Source of the DNA: Octopus sinensis
Taxonomy: Eukaryota
Reading direction: 5' to 3'
NCBI RefSeq assembly: GCF_006345805.1
Contig: NW_021837033.1
Span: forward strand, 1-61,470
Length of the DNA: 61,470 nucleotides
Position numbers and translations under genes: made by a program
Part shown: positions 53,140 through 61,470 of the stretch, piece by piece
How positions within the stretch are numbered: the stretch's first letter is position 1
Layout: each line of letters starts with the position of its first letter
Notes under the pieces: generated by a model
What the model was told of the DNA's origin: nothing
What the model saw: the letters and a program-made list of their open reading frames with translations, nothing else
Databases searched by the model: none

Positions 53140-53482
53140 CGAGCTTTGAGTTCAAATCCTATCGGAGTCAATTTTATCTTTAGTGAGGCTGATAAAATAA
53201 AGTAACTGGGGTCGATTTAATCGCCTGTTTTCCTTCTTTTCCGCCATAGGATTTTTGGTCTTATAAGGTGGTGAACTGGCAGAAACGTTAGCACACCGGG
53301 CGAAATGCTTAGCAGTATTTCGTTTGTCTTTAGATACTGAGATCAAATTCCGCTGAAGTCAACTTTGCCTTTCATTCTTTCAGGGGGCAATAAATTAAGT
53401 GCCAGTTACGTACTAGGATCGATCTAATCGACTGGTCCCCTCTCCAAAAATTTTGGGCCTTGTGCCTAGAGTAGAAAAGATT
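53140..53482 (+). mobile_element. SINE-A fragment followed by a full A2 copy (53265-53482)
   Basis: aaggtggtgaactggcagaaacgttagcac...ctttgcctttcattctttc...cccctctccaaaaattttgggccttgtgcctagagtagaaa. Confidence 0.85.
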
Positions 53483-53703
53483 GTTGGCTTTATTTCTGTA
53501 TTGGAAACAGCTTTGATAGAGTCCGAATGACAAAGTGAAATAAATGCTCTTTTGCTGTTCGAATGAAAGGTGAAATTGATCTCTGTATGATTTTAACTCA
53601 CAACGTAACATTCTTGAAGAGAAATACTGCTAAACATGTCGCCCAATACTCAAGCAATTCGTACCAGCTCACCACCTTTCAATGATTATATACCATAATG
53701 AAT

Positions 53704-53739
<36 letters not shown>

Positions 53740-54422
53740 TGTGTGTATATATGTATATTCGCCATGATAGATCGCTACCAACTACACATTCTTTATTTTC
53801 TCTCTTTGTTTCTTTCTGTTTTCCTTTCTGTGGAAGAGCGTAGACTCGAAACGTTAAAGACATTTTCACTTCCCGAGCGTTATACTAATGCATCTGTTTG
53901 CTGTCTACATCATCCGTCTTCGTCTTTATTTTTGGTGAAATCACCGCCCCCCCATATATATATATATATACATATATATATACATATTTACACATATATA
54001 ATGATGACATAAACATTTCTAAATCTGAAAAAAATTCTCATCGAAAATAATTTTTACATAACTTTAATTTAATGTCTATTCTACACCATCTGCATCGTAC
54101 ATCATCATTTGACGACAGAGATTGGAATATTCTAATGAAACAAATATAATCTTATTGCTTAGTGAAGAAGAAGAAGGAAGAGGAGGAGAGGAAGAAGAAG
54201 AAGAAGAAGAAGAAGAAGAAGAAGAATAAGAAGATGAAGATGAAGGAGAAGAAGAAGGAGAAGAAGGAGAAGAAGGAGAAAAAGAGGGAGACGAGGAGGA
54301 GATAATGAGAAGAGGAAAATAGAGGAATGAAAACAAAACTAGAGGCAGCCATAGTAAGGTGAAAATGACAATAGGTGTGAAAGAATGATGCTATGTTGCT
54401 AGAATATTATTATTTTCGGTTT

Positions 54423-54800
54423 AAGGCGAGGAGCTGGCAGAGTGGTTAGCAGTCCAGGCAAAAAGCTTAACAGCATTTCGTCCGTCTTTAGGAATTGAAT
54501 TCAAATTTCGCGGAGGTCGACTTTACCTTTCATCGCTTTCGGATTCAATAAAATAAGTACCAGCTGATCACCGGGGTGGATGCGATCGGCAAACGTCTTC
54601 CTTCGAAAATACTGGCATTATGCCAAAGTTTGAAACCAGAGTGCGTGTGACAGTATTTGGTCCGGTCCTCTACACCTCTGGTTCAAAACCTGTCGAGGTT
54701 AACTTCGCTTTTCGTACCTCTAGTAGTCGATAACATTAAGTACTAAGCAAGTACAAGGATTGATTGCACTAACTTAACACATTCCCTCAAATTTGTTACG
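54423..54800 (+). mobile_element. Degenerate SINE-A copy plus a second headless degenerate unit
   Basis: aaggcgaggagctggcagag...gaggtcgactttacctttcatc...aagtaccagc; second gtcgaggttaacttcgcttttc at about 54693. Confidence 0.7.
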
Positions 54801-55013
54801 TTTGTTCTTAAATTAGAAACTCTTATTTTCGATTAGTCTGTTACTGGACCGCCTGAACTGAAAATGAAATTATTTTTTGTGTATCATCAACAGTTAAAAA
54901 AATATGTCGACTTTCAATGTTATTAGATATTCGGTATTGTTATAATGTTCCGCTACTAAATGTATGTATAATTTTCTCTTTCAGACTAATTACTAAGTTC
55001 TGCTACTTTCAGG

Positions 55014-55235
55014 ATGGCTACTAGAGTATGTAAAAATTCTCCAGATACATTTTGCTATGTGTGTGGTTATTATATTGGAAAAAGCAGGTATTATATAAAG
55101 TCGTGAAAAGTACCAAATTGTGGATAGCATACAGACTCTATTTCGGAATGCCCATGGGTGACCAGGACGAACCATGGGCTCCACATGTGATATGTGGAAG
55201 CTGTCGATCTACTCTAGAAGGGTGGTTAAGAAGCT
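55014..55235 (+). pseudogene. N-terminal zinc-finger remnant of a Chapaev-like (CMC) transposase
   Basis: MATRVCKNSPDTFCYVCGYYIG-(frameshift)-KQVLYKVVKSTKLWIAYRLYFGMPMGDQDEPWAPHVICGSCRSTLEGWLR. The CxxC...GDQDxPWAPHxxCxxC pattern is one I recall from Chapaev3-type transposases; the family assignment is from memory. Confidence 0.7.
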
Positions 55236-55527
55236 TCTCTGAAATAGAATTCGTTCAGCGAGTACTAGTTACCAGCTTATACTATTTTCACATGAAATTG
55301 TCATATTTTCGTCTACGGGCCCATATTATATATTAGATGTGTGTGTCGTCGACTGTTTATCAGGGTTACGCTATAGTGGAGATGGCTATCTAATAATTAG
55401 TGATCAATAAAAAGTACTCAACAAATTATTGGGATCAATTCAATCAAGAGAAAACACTGAATGATAGAGCTACAGTATGGCCGCTCTCTGGAGACTGAAG
55501 CCCATTATACTGGAGCAAACAAAAGTA

Positions 55528-56456
55528 CATAGTCATTCATTCATGTATTCATGCAAAAGTACATACATACATACATACATACATACATACATACATACAA
55601 ACATACATACATACAAACATACATACATACATTCATACATACATACATACATACATACATACATTCATACATACATACATACATACATACATACATACAA
55701 ACATACATACATACATACATACATACATACATACATACATACATTCATACATACATACATACATACATACATTCATACATACATACATACATACATTCAT
55801 GCATACATGCATACATTCATACATACATTCATACATACATACATACGTACATACATACATTCATACATACATACATACGTACATACATACATTCATACAT
55901 ACATACATACATATATACATACATACGTACATACATACATACATACATACATACATACATACATACATACATTCATACATACATACATACATATATACAT
56001 ACATTCATACATACATTCATACATACATACATTCATACATACATACATACATACATTCATACATACATACATACATACATACATTCATACATACATGCAT
56101 ACATACATTCATACATACATACATACATACATACATACACACATACATACATACATACACACATACATACATACATACACACATACATACATACATACAT
56201 ACATACATACATACATACATACATACATACATTCATACACACATACATACATACACACATACATACATACACACATACATACATGCATACATACATACAT
56301 ACATACATACATACATACATACATGCATACATACATACATACATACATACATACATACATACATACATTCATACATACATGCATTCATACATACATACAT
56401 ACATACATACATACATACATACATACATACATACATACATACATACATACGTACAT
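55528..56456. repeat. Very long (CATA)n tetranucleotide array (~930 bp)
   Basis: Direct reading; variants CATT, CACA, CATG and CGTA. Confidence 0.97.
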
Positions 56457-56808
56457 ATATAAAAACTAATTTAGAGTTATGGGAGCCATTCTGAGACAGA
56501 TTTTTAGCGTATAATCGATAACATCGACAAACACCAATTTATTTAATTTGAATGGCGGCTAAAATGGCGTCCATACACAAGTAAAGAACAGCCACATTCA
56601 GTCTAAATTAGGAAATAACATTTTAAAGTAAACCCTAAATATATAATCTCTCGTCTCAAAAATACACTAAACAACTTTCTTTCGCAGAAGCAAATATTTC
56701 ATTCACACAATGTCTGTTAGTCTTCTTGCTTCAAAGCTATAGAAGACAGAGTATTAAGTTACAGGGTGTGTAGATAGCTAATAACTGTATTGTAGAATTA
56801 TCAAGTAT

Positions 56809-56859
<51 letters not shown>

Positions 56860-57017
56860 ATATATGTTTGTATATATATATATATGTGGTGTAATATATA
56901 TATATGTATGTATTTCCTGAGCGCCATACTAATACAATTGTTCGTTTGTTTTCCACCTGCCTTCGTCTTTTGTTATTTCATAAAGCTTCCCGTTATATAT
57001 ATATGTATGTATATATG

Positions 57018-57089
<72 letters not shown>

Positions 57090-57521
57090 AGATTAATCAG
57101 CCGAAATGCGAGGATGATCCGGTTCTTGACCGAAGATTGAAGGGTTCGAATGTCCCGTCCGTGTTTTTTGTATCGGTTCTAAATGTTTTACGTTCTTGTC
57201 CCAGTTTGTATTTTCTACATATAATATTATATATATAATATATATATATATATATAGATATTATATATATACATACACACTCACACACATCTACATATAT
57301 TCCTATATTTCCACTTTTTCAAGATCATTGACTTTTCGTCACTGGAAAAAGTATATATGTATCTGCATTGAGAGCCACTTCCCATCGCCAACCGGTGGTT
57401 GTCACACTCTGAAGACGGGTCAATACCCAGAAACTGGATTGCTGTTCCTGGATTGCAAACACATTCCCTTCTAAGTGAGAGTTAGCAATCTGGTGGTTCG
57501 TCCATGTTAGATTATTTTCAT

Positions 57522-57670
57522 GATGTATGTATGTATGTATGTATGTATGTATGTATGTATGTATGTATGTATGTATGTATGTGTATGTGAATGTATGTAT
57601 GTATGTATGTATGTATGTATGTATGTATGTATGAATGTATGCTTATATGTCTGTCTGTATGTATATATGT
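57522..57670. repeat. (TATG)n microsatellite
   Basis: Direct reading. Confidence 0.95.
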
Positions 57671-58176
57671 ATGTGTGTGTACAAACATACATCGACACAC
57701 ACACATTCGTTCAATTGATATTCTATGTTGTTTAAGTTACAGTTAATAGAGAGAGTGCTTAGGAAGTAAGCAGTAAATCCAAATGCCAAGTATTCGGTAT
57801 CACCATAACGTCAATCATATTTGATGACCTATTGTAAACTCAATATAGTAAAGTAAGCTATGGAATACTACTTGAAGCCACATCCACTATTGGCTTTGTG
57901 AAATCGATAATCGAAATATTTTCAAGAAATACTGATAAAGATATTTGTAAGGCAGGATACAAGATATTGTGGGAATTTTAGCCTTGATTTAGTTGTTGTG
58001 GATTAGTATCACGTCAGCCAGCTTATTATCAAGTTTTATTACCGAGCTTATTACCAACCAAGCCTATTACCAAGCAGGCTTATTATTAAAAGTATTCCAA
58101 CCTTAGCCATCCTGTCTTCTATCCACACCTCGTGCATCCGGGAAGATATTGGTCCATATAGATATTGGTCCATATA

Positions 58177-58400
58177 GCTGGCAGAACCGTTAGCACCCCG
58201 GGCGAAATGCGTAGCTGTATTTCGTCTACCGTTACGTTCAGAGTTCAAATCACGCCGAGGTCAACTTTGCCTTTCATCCTTTCGGGGTCGATAAATTAAG
58301 TACCAGTTAAGCACTGGGGTCGATGTAATCGACTTAATCCGTTTGTCTGTCCTTGTTTGTCCCTTCTATGTTTAGCCCCTTGTGGGTAATAAAGAAACAG
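58177..58400 (+). mobile_element. SINE-A1, slightly 5'-truncated, 17-bp TSD
   Basis: agatattggtccatata at 58144-58160 and 58399-58415, with an extra tandem copy at 58161-58176. Confidence 0.92.
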
Positions 58401-58906
58401 ATATTGGTCCATATATCCTTCCTTACTTGAAATAATTCGGTGGGGTCTGAAAGAGAAGTGGTAGCAACTTTTTTGCAACCCCATCGACAACATGGCTGTC
58501 ATTCATTGAAATATCACTGCCGTAGAAACAGACTCTTGTATTTCAATTAATTTTGGAAATTGCGAAGAAGCTAACGAAATAACTTTGTAATCATTATTCT
58601 GGTGTTTGGAACTAAAATTAAGATGAAATTTTGATGGGAGATTTTAATTTAGATCAATTTAACCCTTTCATTAGCATATTTCTGTTGAATTACGCTGTCT
58701 TCGTGTGAATTAATTTCGATAATAAAGAAGCATTTATTAAATTCATTTTGTCATTTTAATCAGGTGTTTGGAAATTAAGTTCACATGAAATTTTTATGGT
58801 AGGTTTTAATTTGGATCGATTTAAAGCAGAAAATTGTATCCCTGATCCATAGGTAGCTCTAGGCTTGGTGCTATTAAAAGGGCTCAAAAAAAGATTAGAA
58901 TAAATA

Positions 58907-59204
58907 TCACGTGACCGACCCGTCCATCAGATGTAGTTACACATCGCTGGTCACAATGCGTTCGCATTGTTTTAGCCTTCGAATGACGCCACCCTGCTGG
59001 CTAAGCGAGCAGGCCAACAGAAGAAAGAATGGGAGAAAGAGTGGCGAAAGAGTACAGCAGGGATAACCACCCCCTGCCGGAGTTTCGTGGAGCTTTTAGG
59101 TATTTTCGCTCAATAAACACTCACAACGCCCGGTCTGGGAATCGAAACTGCGATCCTACGACCGCGAGTCCGCTGCCCTAACCATTGGGCCATTGCGCCT
59201 CCAC
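58907..59204 (-). mobile_element. SINE-C, full length, tail type C2, imperfect 10-bp TSD
   Basis: Head as in 35132; tail ...catctgatggacgggtcggtcacgtgat. Flanks agaataaata (58897) and agaattaata (59205). Confidence 0.9.
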
Positions 59205-59666
59205 AGAATTAATATACTGGGTAATAATGTGTTATACAGACCATGTCTCAAAAGAAAATGAATGGATGGATTAGTCAATGTTGGTATCTTTGCCAAATGT
59301 GGATTGCCTTAGGGATTAAATAAGTAACTCGGAAAACTTAGGATTATCGAGCAAAATATTTAGCGGCGTTTCTTCCGACTCTGTATGTTACCAGGTCAAC
59401 TTTGCCTTTCATCCTTTCAGACCCGATAAAATAAAGTACCTTGCGTAAGATTGTCTTTATTTCGGTTTCAAGTTTTATGCGTCTCTTTCTGTCTCTCTCC
59501 TACTATCTGTTATTCTCTTCTCATCTCTTTATCTCGAAATATATACAGAACAAACATGAGCCAAGAGAAATATGGCTGAGTGACCAGTAGCAGGAACTGG
59601 GACAAACAAGATGAATGTCAGTATACTATTACTACCATACAAGCTACATTCTTAATTTATCTGAAA

Positions 59667-59960
59667 CTAGCAGTATCGCCCGGCGTTGCTCGGGTTTGTA
59701 AGGGAAATAACTATACAAGCATTTTTAGAGAGTTACTTCCCTTATATAAACCGAGCAAAAAATGCATTAAAAATGATGGTAATTTTTTTTTTAATCGTAG
59801 ACTCATCGTAGATGCGCGCTAATACCCAGAAGGGCTCGATATGAATCACGACTATAAGATACCCGCTTTTGGTTAAACTGCACTGCAAAATGTGGGAGTA
59901 GTTAGGAATCTAAATCGGAGGAGACAGACTCTCACACAACTTCAGTTTTATATATAAAGA
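59667..59960 (-). mobile_element. Non-autonomous Helitron, 294 bp, single internal unit
   Basis: Minus strand A|TCTTTATATATA...CCCGAGCAACGCCGGGCGATACTGCTAG|T: canonical TC start, 3' hairpin, CTAG end, AT target and no TSD. Confidence 0.85.
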
Positions 59961-60218
59961 TTTGTTTTCGTTTTCATAAAGAGTAAACAAAAGTCGGATA
60001 ACAAATGCGACCAACTATGAATAAGGAGACAAGCTCCACATCTTTCAACTTCTTTCTTCGATGGTATGCCACCATCGGAAAAGTCTTCACACCTGTTTTT
60101 ATTTCCTCTTCCAATTCTGAGAGGGAAGTAAATATCGGTAGGATTTTATTTACTATACCGTGGAAAGACTGTAAATGACATATACGTGAGTGTGCTTGTA
60201 TCTATGTACGTATATATG

Positions 60219-60283
<65 letters not shown>

Positions 60284-60286
<3 letters not shown>

Positions 60287-60496
60287 TTTTCTTTTACTTG
60301 TTTCAGTCATTTGACTGCGGCCATGCTTGTGCACCGCCTTTAGTCGAGCAAATCGACCCCGGGAATTATTTTTTGTAAGCCTAGTACATATATTCTATCG
60401 GTCTCTTTTGCCGAACCGCTAAGTTACGAGGACGTAAACACACCAGCATCGGTTGTCAAGCAATGTTGGAGGGGGAGGGCAAACACAGACACACAA

Positions 60497-60539
<43 letters not shown>

Positions 60540-60654
60540 CATATACATGACAGGCTTCTTTCAGTTTCCGTTTACCAAATCCACTCACAAGGCTTTGAAC
60601 TCGGAACCATGTGGTTGGGAAGCAAGCCTCTTACCACACAGCCATTCCTGTGTA
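60284..60654 (-). mobile_element. SINE-B with an internal deletion
   Basis: Tail, internal (CA)(TA) tract and head all present; about 65 bp missing between cacaaggcttt and gaactcggaacc relative to the 16309 copy. Confidence 0.88.
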
Positions 60655-60784
60655 CGCTTTTATTTATATATTGATTGTAGTTGCTATATATATATATATA
60701 TATACGGAGATTCTCAAAAATGTTCACGCATATACACACCTGTGTGCCTATGTGTGTATTGAATGTGTATATATACATACCTCC

Positions 60785-60817
<33 letters not shown>

Positions 60818-60825
60818 CAGACACA

Positions 60826-60865
<40 letters not shown>

Positions 60866-61038
60866 CATATATTCTTTCCTATACTTATAATATTAAATTA
60901 AACTTCAAATTTCCGCACTAAGGCACGGAGTATATGCCCTATGGTCGTAACTTCAACCGTGCTCTTTCTGTTGTGAGTTTGCTACCCAGGTATCGGTTAT
61001 CTTTCGAATTATCCGTAATAAGGTAATTCATTTATCTA

Positions 61039-61082
<44 letters not shown>

Positions 61083-61470
61083 ATACCTTGTTAAACGCCC
61101 GCATATAACAACGTCAGTCTGTCGGTCTACGCAGTTCATTACATTAGATTTATTCTGCAAATGCACCGAGGAATTATATAAATACAGTTTATTGGATGGA
61201 AATTTGTCTGATTTCGCCGTCGCAACGTAGCAACTCTTAAGTATTCTATGATTGATCATATCAGAAGAGGTAGGTAATATTTACCTGCATCGATGATTGC
61301 TATCTAAGGTGGCGGTGTGTTTGTTTTTGGTTTTAGTTCCGTTGAGTCACGGTTTAACATCTCCTCTGGCCTCAGCTCTCTTTGACATTATACTATCGAT
61401 GTCCAGTAGAACATTATGTGGTATTATGTTGTATTATATGGCGTACAATAGCTGTATCTTGATCGTGTTT

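Noticed and set aside
55477-56469. 330-aa HTYI-repeat ORF
   Set aside because: (CATA)n array.
60040-60175. Minus-strand transposase C-terminal remnant (SLSELEEEIK...)
   Set aside because: Too short and too degenerate to assign.

Overview
Eukaryotic, AT-rich, very microsatellite-dense DNA with no confidently identifiable host gene. It is probably intronic or intergenic. The repeat content (tRNA-derived SINE families, R4/Dong-type LINE ends, dense TA/CA/TATC/TAA tracts) looks like an octopus or other coleoid cephalopod genome; this is my inference, not a database result. Almost all listed ORFs are translations of simple repeats. The recognisable content is mobile DNA: about 30 SINE copies or fragments in four head/core groups (my labels A-D) that swap 3' tails; a cluster of R4/Dong-like LINE 3' ends nested in (TAA)n; a full-length decayed Tc1-like transposon; a decayed maT/DD37D-like transposase; a Chapaev-like N-terminal zinc-finger remnant; a TA-flanked MITE; two non-autonomous Helitrons, one with an internal ~100-bp tandem expansion; and a 25-bp CpG-rich minisatellite. 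The most interesting signals are: (i) three independent SINE-A1 insertions whose target-site duplications begin AG(G/A)TAT, matching the SINE's own 3' end and the fixed junction of its head-to-tail multimers; (ii) combinatorial core-by-tail SINE architecture; (iii) a (TAA)n landing pad with a repeated, internally deleted LINE derivative. Coordinates and copy counts were read by eye and may be off by a few bases.
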